Both the position numbers and the translations under genes were made by a program. DNA of 64,000 bases. It comes from Octopus sinensis (Eukaryota). The notes beneath the pieces were generated by a model. That model had not been told where the DNA came from. It worked only from the letters and a program-made list of their open reading frames with translations, and searched no databases. Location: positions 3,658,001 through 3,722,000 of the forward strand of contig NC_043002.1 of NCBI RefSeq assembly GCF_006345805.1, given 5' to 3'. Shown piece by piece: positions 11,638 to 24,183 of this stretch; position 1 is the first letter of the stretch, and each line of letters begins with the position of its first letter.

Positions 11638-12320
11638 CACACACACACACATACGGCAAATAAGAAAATGGAGAGGATACAAAACAACATACATCATCCG
11701 GTAGACAATTCCAGTGGGTCTTTATTCCACAGCATATTAATATCAATATTAACACATGCTTACTACATGTCTATGTTTTCTTCTTCTAATAATTTCTGAT
11801 GCTGTGGAATAAACAGACACAATGGAATTGTCTACCGGATGACGTATGTCATTTTGTATCCTCTCCATTTTCTTATTTGACGTATAAATCAAGAGTAATC
11901 CACTTTTTACCCCTACTCATATATGACACTCAATTGCAAGATTGCCACACAATAACCATAATTAGATCAGCCCCAGTGCATAACTGGCACCTATTTAATT
12001 GACCCTGAGAGGATGAAAGGCAAAGTTGATCTCAGTGGAATTTGAACTCAGAACGAAGCAGCAGACAAAATACCGCTAAGCATTTTTGCCCAGTGTGCTA
12101 ACGGCTCTGCCAGCTCACCACCTTAATTATGAAAAAAAAAGGGGAAAAAAGGGAATGCATAAGAAACATGTAAACTGGTTTTATTAACTGAGTTACCTTA
12201 CAGGTGGGACGATCTGTGTTCTCGTACTGCGGATTAACGCTCATACTTCAAGACAAAAATTTGCATGAGTCTCGGCTCATACAGCAATGGGGCACTCGTA
12301 CTGCAAGGTTCCACTCTACT

Positions 12321-12680
12321 ATCATCATCATCATCATCATCATCGTTTAACGTCCGTTTTCCGCGCTAGCACGGGTTGGACGGTTCAACTGGTGTCTGGG
12401 AAGCCAGGAGGCTGCACCAGGCTCCAGTCTTGATTTGGCAGTGTTTCTACAGCTGGATGCCCTTCCTATTGCCAACCACTCCGCGAGTGTAGTGGGTGCT
12501 TTTTACGTGCCACCTGCACAGGTGCCGGGGGGGGGGGGTCTGGCATCGGCCACGATCGGTTGGTGCTTTTAACATGCCACCGGCACGGAAGCCAGCCAAG
12601 GCGGCGCTGGCATCGGCCACGTTCGGATGGTGCTTTTTATGTGCCACGGAAGCCAGCCAAGGCGGCGCTGGCATCGGCTG
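12321..12680 (-). mobile_element. RTE LINE 3'-UTR fragment
   Basis: (CAT)n tail, core and modules. Confidence 0.85.
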
Positions 12681-13063
12681 TACAATAATTACTTTAATTA
12701 TTGCTGCTTCTCCTTCTTTGATTCACCTTGAAATTAAATCTTCTAAAAATGACCTGAGATACTCGGCCTGTTTTGTTTTCCTTTCCCTTTAATCTATACC
12801 TGCTGACTCAGAAGCTCACTGCTACGCATCCCTGGCCCTAGCCTCACCTGTGAACTTGGAGCCTAACGGATGACCAAATTATAGCACCTACAGTAATTTT
12901 AACAAGTCTTTTTTATTTATTCATCACCCGACGAGATACGTCTGCACCACTGGATGCTCTTACACCAGTTGTTGATTGTCCATCAAGAGGAATTGGTGCT
13001 AATTGTGTCAAAACAATTGGGATTAATAATTCCATCTTCTGTCTTTCATTTGATATTTATATA

Positions 13064-13104
<41 letters not shown>

Positions 13105-13192
13105 GAAATTAAATAAGAGCAGAAATTGATATTAATCAATTAAAACCAGTGGCTTAGCATATTTTAAAAAATCGGAAGATGAAAAAACTTTT

Positions 13193-13455
13193 TACACACA
13201 AAATTTAGAGGATTGACCACTAAACAAATGGACAGCCTGTATGCTAGATATAGACGTCAAAATCGCCATTTTCCATGAAGAATGTGTTCTCAAGAAAAAA
13301 TTCAGCAATTTGTCTTGCTTATTTTTACACTTTGGATTTTTGCTGAATTTTTTCTTGAGAACACATTCTTCATGGAAAATGGCGATTTTGACGTCTATAT
13401 CTAGCATACAGGCTGTCCATTTGTTTAGTGGTCAATCCTCTAAATTTTGTGTGTA
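13193..13455. mobile_element. Foldback MITE, probable Tc1/mariner type (TA-flanked)
   Basis: Perfect 116-bp inverted arms 13193-13308 and 13340-13455, 31-bp spacer, TA at both ends. Confidence 0.85.
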
Positions 13456-13474
13456 TATATATATATATATATAT

Positions 13475-13788
13475 GCTGCCTTGACTGGCTTCTGTGCATG
13501 CCAGCGCCACCTTGACTGGCTTCTGTGCTGGTGGCACGTAAAAAGCATCAACCAATTATAGCCAATACCAGCCTCACCTGGCACCTGTGCCGGTGGCACG
13601 TAAAAAGCACCCACTACACTCACGGAGTGGTTGGCATTAGGAAGGGCATCCAGCCGTAGAAACATTGCCAGATCAGACTGGACCCTGGTGCAGCCTCCTG
13701 GCTTCCCAGACCCCGGTTGAACTGTCCAACCTGTGCTAGCACAGAAAACGGACGTTAAATGATGACGATGTTGATGATGATGATGATG

Positions 13789-13795
<7 letters not shown>
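13475..13795 (+). mobile_element. RTE LINE 3'-UTR fragment
   Basis: Modules, core and (GAT)n followed by (GA)n. Confidence 0.85.
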
Positions 13796-13831
<36 letters not shown>

Positions 13832-13849
13832 AGAGAGAGACGGAGAGAG

Positions 13850-14037
13850 AGGGCAGTGAAATGCTTAGTGGTATTTCGTCTGCCGTTACGTTCTGAGTTC
13901 AAGCTCTGCCGAGGTCAACTTTGCCTTTCATCCTTTTGGGGTTGATTAAATAAGTACCAGTTATGCACTGGGGTTGGTGTAATCAACTTAAAACCCTTTG
14001 TTTGTCCTCTCTATGTTTAGCCCCCAGTGGGCAATAA

Positions 14038-14040
<3 letters not shown>
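13850..14040 (+). mobile_element. Second tRNA-derived SINE family, partial
   Basis: GTTCTGAGTTCAA...CTTTGCCTTTCATCC; same family as 36451-36681, 12000-12125(-), 20400-20600(-) and 24340-24520. Confidence 0.8.
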
Positions 14041-14127
<87 letters not shown>

Positions 14128-14593
14128 GCATCATCACCATTGTTTTAATGCCAGCTTTTTCATACTTTCCTGGACCAGACAGAGTTTATTGACGCAGATC
14201 TTCAACAGCCGGATGCCCTTCCCGTCACCAACCTTCACCTGTCTCCATCTCCCTCCCCCAAGTAAGTCAGTATTTCCCCGGGTTCCTACAGAATATTGGA
14301 AATGAAGGACACTGCTTGTATGGCACCGACAACCATTTTTACAAAAACACACACACACACACACCCACGACAGGCTCCTTGCAGCTTCCTTCAACCAAAT
14401 CCACTCACAAGGCTTTGGTCCTCCTGGGGCTATAGAAGACAAAACCTGCCCCAAGGTACCATGCTGTGGAACTGAACCCAGAACCATGTGGTTTGGGAAG
14501 AAATGGTTGTTTTTGTGTGAATCTAAAAATGATTGGAACATTTTGGACGGACGGGATTGCAAGACGTCTGTTTGGGATGGAGGGGGATGGGGG

Positions 14594-14752
14594 CACTAGC
14601 GCAGGGAGAGTGTGTGCCGCCTGGGGGGACCCTTCTAGTTGCTGTCCCCAGACCCCACAAAAATCACATATTGCCCTTAGCAATAGCCCACAAAAGGATG
14701 AAAAGCGCAGCCCCCTTTAAAAGTGCCGCACCTACCCCCAGCTACGCCAGTG
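14594..14752. mobile_element. Small MITE with CACT(A/G)GCG(C/T)AG TIR
   Basis: CACTAGCGCAG ... GCTACGCCAGTG imperfect terminal inverted repeat. Confidence 0.5.
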
Positions 14753-14799
14753 GATGGGGAGGGGTACAGTGTAAGGATTCGTGACAGCAGAGACTCTTG

Positions 14800-15122
14800 T
14801 AGTAGCAACGGCAGCAGCAGCAGCAGCAGTAGCAGTAGTAGTAGTAGAAGTAGTAATAGTAGTAGTAGTAGTGGTGGTGGTGGTGGTGGTGGTAGTAGAA
14901 GTAGTAGAAGTAGTAGTAGTGGTGGTGGTGGTGGTGGTGGTAGTGGTGGTGGTGGTGGTAGTAGTAGTAGTTGTAGTAGTAGTAGTAGTAGTGGTGGTGG
15001 TGGTGGTAGTAGAAGTAGTAGTAGTGGTGGTGGTGGTGGTGGTGGTGGTGGTGGTAGTGGTGGTGGTGGTGGTAGTAGTAGTAGTTGTAGTAGTAGTAGT
15101 AGTAGTGGTGGTGGTGGTGGTG

Positions 15123-15158
<36 letters not shown>

Positions 15159-15183
15159 GTGACGGCGGCGGCGGCGGCGGCGT
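14800..15183. repeat. Compound trinucleotide microsatellite (AGC)n(AGT)n(GGT)n(GGC)n
   Basis: Direct inspection. Confidence 0.97.
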
Positions 15184-16611
15184 CATCGAAGTGGACTCCA
15201 ACCTTTTCATTGATCAAATCCTGTGTAAACCTTTGTCGTGTCACCGTTTTATTCGACTGAAACTATCTTCTCATCGCATCGCAGTTTATTTTGCAGTCAA
15301 ACCTGGCATCTTAAAGAAAATAATGTCCGTAGTTTCGTGTCAACTTGTATATTTTACTGTAATTTTGTTCTAGGCAAATATGTTTATTTATATCTCTTAA
15401 TTAATTGCAAGTAATCCTCTTGCGTTAATTATTGGGTTCAAACTAAATGAGCCGAGTTTAATTTGATTTCAGTTAAGAGGTCTTGGTCGTTGTTTGGTGA
15501 GTCAAACACCTGAATGTAATAATAAAGGTTTTACTTTATTAACCAATTAAGGGTTTACAAAAACATTGGGGTCAGTAGGGGACAATACAGTTTGGGGTTG
15601 CATGAAAGGCCCGTAAAAATGAAATAGAATTACATAAATTTATAACACTGGATAATTCCCCGAAAGAAGGAGAGACTTCCTAAGGCTGCTCTTGGATACC
15701 CCACAAAAACCACGGCCGACCCGACCACTAGGGCAAGTGGTCTCTTCGCATTGTCCTTCTTCAACATACAAGCGCATGCTTAGAGTAGGCCCGTTCACTC
15801 GGACCCTTCTTGCAACATTCATAATAAGCATTGTCGCTATAATCGTGACTTGGAGCCAAAGTAGGAACCAATCCGACGAAATTGGAGGACATAGCAAACA
15901 AGCGAAGTAACTCGTTGTTAAAATAACATCGAAGTTGAGAAGCAGCTTGCACACACACACACTGTTTGTTTGTGTGGGTGTGTACGTATGTATTTGTCTT
16001 TCAACCTCTCAATACATACATATATACATACATACATGTATACGCGCGCACGCACACACACACACATATAACTAATTTAGAGACGAACCACCATTTCTAC
16101 AACTCAGTCAATGAAGAACTCGTCCAAAGCCATGCTGTGAGACATATACTATACAAAATACTAATGTAAAATTTAAATAATATAGAATATTGAAAAGTAA
16201 GATTATAATCTATATATATAAAACTGAGAATGTGTGTGTGTCTGTCTGTCTGTGTGAATCCCTAAAACTTGATAACTACACAACCAATTTCATTCAAATT
16301 TTACACATGCCTTACTTAGGGTCCATGTAGTGTCATGGACAAAAAAAAGAATTAACTTTTTGCCTAGTGCGAGCCCACAGCAATATCATATCTTCTCCAC
16401 GATTTCAGTATTACGTGTCAAAAGTGAAACAAAAACATCTCTCTATTGGAATGTCAGATGCTTTCACTTTAATACTGAAACTATTAAAGCTGGACATCCA
16501 TTATGCTACAAGAAGATCCGCTATGGTCTTATATGCTACACCACTGGTTTTAAATTCATATTGATCAAATTGATATTGAATCTTTCACTCTTATTATTTT
16601 TAATTTACATG

Positions 16612-16689
16612 CATATATATATATATATACATGTATATATATATGTATATATATATATACATGTATATATATATACATATATATATATG

Positions 16690-16753
<64 letters not shown>

Positions 16754-16755
16754 TG

Positions 16756-16816
<61 letters not shown>

Positions 16817-16836
16817 AATTTATATATGAGGATAAT

Positions 16837-16907
<71 letters not shown>

Positions 16908-17030
16908 TATATATATATATATATATATACATGTATATATATAGATGTACATGTATACATGTATATGTATAGCTGTATATGTATACATGTATATGTATAG
17001 ATGTATTTTTATAGATATAGATGTATATGT
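16612..17030. repeat. Degenerate (TA)n / TATACATG microsatellite
   Basis: Direct inspection. Confidence 0.97.
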
Positions 17031-18060
17031 GGTGGATATATTTTAATATGAGAGAAAATAAGGAAAACTTCCCTATCATCATCATCATCATCGTTTAACG
17101 TCCACTTTCCATGCTGGCATGGGTTGGACGGTCTGACTGAGGACTGGCAAGCCAAGCTCCAATCAGATATGGTGTGTTTACACCTTTCTGCCATAAGAAA
17201 GAGTTTCTTCTTCAGGGTAAACTGCAGTGAATTTGAGTTTAGAAGTTGAAAGATGTCGCAAGCATGTTTTAACTGAGCTAAAGACAAGTGTTGAGACAAC
17301 TTGTCTCCTTCAGGTTATCTCCAATGGCTTTCTGTCAGCCACAACGGGAACGAGGGTTCCAGTGGACCCGATCAACAGAACAGCCTGCCCATGTAATTAA
17401 CATGCAAGCGGTTGAGTACTCCACAGACACGCATACCCTTAATGTAGCCCTCAGGGAGACTCAGCATGACATAAGATGCAACAATGCTGACCCCACTGAA
17501 TGACAGGTACAACTCACCTTTGCCAGCTGAGTGGACAGAAATAACAAGACACCACGGATATAAGACACCACCAGGAATTGAACTCACAGCCTTACGATCA
17601 TGAGCCAAATACCCTAACCACCAGTCTACTCCATGCCTTTAGGGTTTTGCTGTACCCACATCTCTGGTATTTATTTCTTTATAGATTTATCCCCTTCATT
17701 GGCCTCCCTTTTATTTATGATGGACTTTCTAACATTCTACAGAACCAATCTTTCTTTGGAATCTCCCTAATGTAGTCTGCAGTATTTTTTGTTTCATTTT
17801 CGCCCCCCCCCCCCGGCCATAAACCCCGACAGGAAATCAATACTTAAGTTGATCTGCTTTAAACAGGAAACAGAAAATCCTTATTCCCATAACATCAACC
17901 ATTTTATTCGACTTTTCACACTCCTGTTTGAAGTATGCAAACTCGAGTCTGGTTTTGTGTCTGATCTGATTTTTAATTTAAATAATTTTCCGTTTTGATA
18001 AAGTTAATCTCTTTCTTATAAATACAGGGAACAACAGAAAAACATCTCATGTTTTACAAG

Positions 18061-18747
18061 GCCATTGGTGTGGCCCTTGCCATTGGTGTGGCCCTTGCCA
18101 TTGGTGTGGCCCTTGCCATTGTTGTGGCCCTTGCCATTGTTGTGACCCTTGCCATTGTTGTGACCCTTGCCATTGGTGTGGCCCTTGCCATTGGTGTGGC
18201 CCTTGCCATTGTTGTGACCCTTGCCATTGGTGTGACCCTTGCCATTGGTGTGGCCCTTGCCATTGTTGTGACCCTTGCCATTGGTGTGACCCTTGCCATT
18301 GGTGTGACCCTTGCCATTGTTGTGACCCTTGCCATTGGTGTGGCCCTTGCCATTGGTGTGGCCCTTGCCATTGGTGTGGCCCTTGCCATTGGTGTGACCC
18401 TTGCCATTGGTGTGACCCTTGCCATTGGTGTGGCCCTTGCCATTGGTGTGGCCCTTGCCATTGGTGTGACCCTTGCCATTGGTGTGACCCTTGCCATTGG
18501 TGTGACCCTTGCCATTGGTGTGGCCCTTGCCATTGGTGTGACCCTTGCCATTGGTGTGACCCTTGCCATTGGTGTGGCCCTTGCCATTGGTGTGACCCTT
18601 GCCATTGGTGTGGCCCTTGCCATTGGTGTGACCCTTGCCATTGGTGTGGCCCTTGCCATTGTTGTGGCCCTTGCCATTGGTGTGGCCCTTGCCATTGGTG
18701 TGGCCCTTGCCATTGGTGTGACCCTTGCCATTGGTGTGGCCCTTGCC
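18061..18747. repeat. 18-bp minisatellite, 38 units
   Basis: Unit GCCATTG(G/T)TGTG(G/A)CCCTT with no indels. Confidence 0.98.
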
Positions 18748-19160
18748 AACTTAGGCAGGTGATAACAATGTCTTCATCTAATTAATGCTTTACCGTGCTT
18801 CTCCAGTTACCACCAGGGTTTCAGCTGGTTTGTACCTTGTATTTGCTGCAAAAATGTTTGTCAACCTGTGAAAATAGAAGAGGTTATTTTTGCCACATCC
18901 TCTTCTTTTACAATCAATCCTCTTCACTAATGTAAGTGAGATGATTTGGAAACTGAAATAATTCGAGTTGTCAAATTGAGTATTTTATGGCTGGAAGCCT
19001 CTAACATTCATTTATATTATCCATCATCAGTGTTCTGCTTCTGTTTTTAAGTGTGGGTAAGGGTTTGATGGCTTTTCTGAGGCTGGATACCCTCCTGGTC
19101 ACCAAATCTTTTATACCCCCGCCCCTTACAACACGGTGTAGCTCTTCTAAGATCAAGCTA

Positions 19161-19413
19161 CATCATCATCATCATCATTTAGCATCCGCTTTCAATGCTA
19201 GCATGGGTTGGACGGTTCAACTGGGGTCTGTGAAACCAGAAGGCTGCATCAGGCCCAGTCTGATCTGGCAATGTTTCTACGGCTGGATGCCCTTCCTAAC
19301 GCCAACCACTCCATGAGTGTAGTGGGTGCTTTTTACGTGCCACCCGCACAGGTGCCAGGCGAGGCTGGCAACGGCCACGATCGGATTGGTGCATTTTACG
19401 TGCCACCGGCACA
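19161..19413 (-). mobile_element. RTE LINE 3'-UTR fragment
   Basis: (CAT)n tail, core and modules. Confidence 0.85.
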
Positions 19414-21822
19414 GTAATTAATTTAGTTTACGATGGAAGGTGTGGGATTAAGAAGTCTACTTCCCAGCCAAATGGTTCTGGGCTTAGTCTTGCTGCATTG
19501 GCACCTTGGGCAAGTGTCTTTGACCATGGCCTTAGGCTGACCAAAGCCTTGTGAACGGATTTGGCAGACGGAAACTGAGGCACATATACTATTGTGGCTG
19601 CCTTGAAAAGATTTAATGGTCGTCAACTGTAAATTAATTAAAACAATTAGGAATATGTTCAGGATTTATTTTGGAATGGTGGCTGTTGTGATATGACCTG
19701 GAAATATATTCAGGATACCATGTTAAACTAAGAACATGGATCCTAAATCTGGAGAAAACATCCATGTTAATTTCAAATCCATTGAATATGTGCGTCTGTG
19801 TATGCATGTATACATGTGTGTGCATGTGTGTGTGTATGTGTGTGTATGAGTGTGTATAAGTGTGTGTGTGTATGTGTGCACGCACACGTGTGTATGTGCA
19901 TATATCCTTGTTTATAACTCCTTGTCTTGACATGGTGTGATTGTTCTAAACAAGCTGTACCATCATACAGTGTCGTTTAATCCAAATATTCTGTGAAAAC
20001 ACCTTCCAGCTCTGAGGAAATACTCTTTTGCTTGAGAACAGGTGAGGATTGGTGACAGGAAGGGCACCTAGTCGTAGAAAAATCTACCTCAATAAATTCA
20101 ACCTGACTCATTCAAGGAAAAGGGAATGCTAAGATGATGATGATGATGATGAGAATATTGTTTTGCCTAAGGACACTACAAGGGGTCTTTTGCTTCACCA
20201 GCTAGAAATAGAAGTCAAATGATATTGATGGTTTCAAATTTTTATACAAGGTCTGTAAATTTAGGGGACATGGTCAAGTTGATTAAACTGACCCTACAAT
20301 TCAACTTCGATAGAATTTGAACTCAGAACTTCAAAGATGGACAAAACGCTTGGCAGCATTCTGTTGACGATTCTACCAGCACACCACTTTGATAATAACA
20401 ATGATTTCAAATTTTGGCACAAGGCCAGCAAGTCTGGCGGAGGCAGCTAGCCTATTACACTGACCCCAACGTACAGCTGGTTTGTATTCTATTGACCCCA
20501 AGAGGATGAAAAGCAAAGCCAGCCTCAGTGGAATTTGAACTCAGAATGTAAAAATGCCACAAAACATTCTGCCCAGCATGATAACAATTCCACCAGCTTG
20601 CTGTCTTTCCACCTTCAATAATATTAAGTAATAATTCTGGCACCAAAGTCTAAGACATCAACTAAACTATTATAACCAGTATTTATGATGAGGAGAATCT
20701 TTGGAATTCTTCTAGTCCACTTCTTTGGAATTTTAGGCCGATTTCTTTCCAATGTTTTTGTTTTTTGTTTCTTTTAAATGCAAGACTATTGCTAATTCCT
20801 TCTTCTTTTTTGGTTTTCTTATCTAAAGACTAACATTTTCACTAAAATCTTTAAATCAGATTCAAACCTGATTCCAAAGATGTTTGTTGAGATAATATCT
20901 TTTATTTTTTACTTGTTTCACTCTTTGGACTGTGGCCATGCTGGGGCACTGAAGAGTTTATGTTACAGGTACATAAACACACCAGAACCAGTTATCAAGT
21001 TGTGGTGGTGGTGGTGGTGGGGACAAACTCAAACGCACACACACACACACATAAATATACACCAAATTCACTCACAAGGCTTTGGTCAGTTCGAGTTTAC
21101 GGTAGAAGACACTTGCCCAAAGTGCCATGCAGTGGGACTGAACCCGGAACCATGTGGTAGGGAAGCAAGCTTCTTACCTCACAGCCACACCCACACCCAT
21201 AATAATGTGTTCATTAAAACTTAACGAATCTTTTGCCATCAAAAGGTTTTCTAAACCAGTTTTATCTGTCATTAACTATAAACTCTCATTTTTAAAAGAA
21301 AGAAAGATTAGAAAAATTGGAGAGAAAAGGAAAAAAAGATAATTTTGGAATTGGTTCTGGACATATTTTCTGAATAAACTAATTGAATCTCTGACACAAC
21401 AAAAAAGAAGAAGAAAGCCCAGTTTATTTTGTAGGCGAAAATGGTTTTCTGAAGATGTTCTTCTTCTGCGATATTTTTAGAGATGGCGCAGCAAGTTGGA
21501 TAGAAAAGAGATTGTTGTGAAATATGTGGAACAAACGTAAACATGTAAATCAGACTGTGACTGCCTTCTGCTAAATAACAACATGTAAGAGAAGAGCAGT
21601 CATTGCTGCTACATTCATGCATGTAGGGGGCGTGGGGTGGGGTGTGAGCAAAATATAAACAAAGATTTGGTTTCTTCTGTGTAAACTGTGTTGTTACTTC
21701 TCAAAGCTATGTTACTAATATTGCCGATAATACTAATAAAAGGATACCCTCTGCTTGAGGAGACCAATTGAGTCAAGTACATCGATACCAAAAATCAATG
21801 GAAATTGTAGTTGTGATCCCTG

Positions 21823-22130
21823 CACGTAAAAAGCACCATCCGAATGTGGCCGATGCCAGTGCCGCCTTGGCTGGCTTCTGTGCCGGTGGCATGTAAAAAG
21901 CACCAACCAATCGTGGCTATTGCCAACCTACCCTGGCGCCTGTGCTGGTGGCACATAAAAAGCACCCACTACACTCATGGAGTGGTTGGCATTAGAAAGG
22001 GCATCCAGCTGTAGAAACCCTGCCAGATCAGACTGGGCCTGATGCAGCCTTCTGGCTTCACAGACCCCGGTCGAACCGTCCAACCCATGCTAGCATGGAA
22101 AACGGACATTAAACAATGATGATGATGATA
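21823..22130 (+). mobile_element. RTE LINE 3'-UTR fragment
   Basis: Modules, core and (GAT)n. Confidence 0.85.
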
Positions 22131-22270
22131 CTGATGATTGAGGGTTGCATGGACAGACAAAGTGTCTGAAGAAGAAGAAGAAGAAGAAGAAGAAGAAGAA
22201 GGAGGGGGTGAAGAAGAAGAAGAAGTGAAGACTGACCCGGGCTGCAGTAAGCAGTGAAGTGTTTTGTAAG

Positions 22271-22532
22271 GTAAGGACCAAGCGACTGAGATTCCTTGGT
22301 CACGTGGTGAGGAAAGAGGGCCCAGGGGGAAAATTTAATGATGGCTGGAAAGATTGAAAGGGAGAAGGAGAAGGACGATGTGGATGTGGAGCTTGAAGAA
22401 AGGGTTGGAAGAAAGGGACGTGAGACATGAGGAAGAAGTGGAAGTGTTCGGGGCAGACAAAGAACAAAGAATTGTGGCAGGACTTGGTCGCTTGTGTCCT
22501 ACATTCTGGGAATGACACCTCAAGAAAGAAAG
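22271..22532 (+). mobile_element. Different RTE (BovB-like) LINE 3' fragment
   Basis: TKRLRFLGHVVRKEG..NLMMAGKIE..RRRT.W, typical of the RTE RT C-terminus; ends in AAG-rich tail. Confidence 0.65.
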
Positions 22533-23879
22533 AAATATTAATGCAAGTTCTAAGGTGGTGAGCTGGCAAAAATTGTTAGCAGCATTTTGTTTGTCTGTAC
22601 ATTCATTATCAGCGTTTAACGTCTGTTTTTCCATGCTGGCATAGGTTGGACGGTTTGACTGGGGTCTGGGAAGCCAGGAGGCTGCACCAGGCCCAGTCTG
22701 ATCTGGCAGGGTTTCTACAGATGGATGCCCTTCTTAACACCAACCAATTCTGAATTCAAATTCCACCAAGGTTTGCCTTTTCTCCTTTCAGGGTTGATAA
22801 AATAAGTACCACCACTTAAACATTGGGGGTCAATATAATCAACTTCCCCGTCCTCCTGCAAATTGCTGGCCTTGTGCCAAAATTTGAAACCATTATTAAT
22901 ATTGCTATGAATTTAGCCATTTTCTTTCAGTAAGACACAACTCGGTTATTGTTGTATTAACAATTGGAGCATCTAATTTGGCAATAATCCTCGTTACTGT
23001 ATTCAATAACAATAATTGAAGTATATTTCTGTTTTTCTATTCATTAAAATTTTAAAACTTCTGGCAGTGAATGGATTGAAACAGCCTTGTGTCCAACATC
23101 AGCTACTCCTACACAGAGAGACACACACGGACACACAGACACACTGATGGATGACAGAAGTTGTAGATAAACCTGTTTCAATACAAAGTGATGTTCAACA
23201 ATAAAATGACAACTTATAGATAATCAATAAGCAGATACATTTCTTATTACAAATGCATGCACACACACACACACACACACATTCACACACATACACATAC
23301 GCACACACACACAGAAGCCTTAAAATCATTACTACTTTACCATGATGATGATGATGACGACGAAAATGGTGATGAACACAATGATGAGGATGATGATGAT
23401 GACGACGAGGAGGAGGGGGAGGGGTGATGACGGGGAGGAGGAGGGGTGATGACGGGGAGGAGGAGGAGGAGGACCTTGATTGCTTTAATGCTTATTTTCC
23501 TCGTTATTAAAATGGGTTGGACAGGTCTGCAATAGAGCAACTGTCAATTTGCTCAGATTCCATTTCATTAACATCAGAAAGAGATGAAAACTCAGCTGTT
23601 TGTGCCTGGCTCTGCTCCCCCCTCTCCTCTCTCCATCATGAAGGTAAAGGTAGTTTGGAAGGACAAAAGGTTTCATCTCGATGCCAGTTGCTGTGCAAAG
23701 AGTGAGAGAGCAAAGTCTTTGTGAATTGAAGTCTCCCAAGAGGGACAATTTCTAAGGTGTATTTTCTCAGAGCAGCCAGGGAACTGGTCAAACGGTGGCT
23801 GTTCATTAGAAGAATCTTAGATAGCACGAAGAATTTACAGTGGCACCGTAGAGTTCTGGGTTTGAATGGTGAATCTCAG

Positions 23880-24183
23880 TTGATAGAACGCAAAGGTGTC
23901 TCTGATGGAATTGGGTCGAGGTAGAACGAGTTGCTGAAGCTTGGAACAAACTGCCGGCATCAGTTGTTAGTTGTCGGAGCACTACATCCTTCAAAACTTC
24001 CATGCTTTCTGAGATTTGCCAACACTACACCTGGTTTTCTCCCCTCCATACACACACAGGCATGTATCTGACTCATGTATTGTTCGCTTTCCAGACATTT
24101 GTACATTACTGCATATACTCTGACAAGTTGTGGTGCACCTGAGCACTGTATACAATAATTTCATTATTATTATTATTATTATA
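23880..24183 (+). mobile_element. CR1-clade LINE 3' end
   Basis: VERVAEAWNKLPASVVSCRSTTSFK; GTGCACCTGAGCAC 3' UTR; (ATT)n tail. Confidence 0.8.

Noticed and set aside
12848-13040. Minus-strand exon-like pieces (GAIIWSSVRLQVH; MELLIPIVLTQLAP)
   Set aside because: Short, no recognisable homologue, no consistent exon chain
14677-15373. Long poly-S/G, poly-V, poly-T and poly-P/L ORFs
   Set aside because: Explained by the trinucleotide microsatellite
16330-17091. YI-rich ORFs
   Set aside because: Translation of (TA)n repeats
18061-18747. CRISPR-like array (also 5016-5500)
   Set aside because: Contiguous tandem units with no unique spacers; eukaryotic context; no cas genes
18817-18931. Exon-like segments on both strands next to the minisatellite
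   Set aside because: Splice-like motifs on both strands with no recognisable protein; indistinguishable from chance
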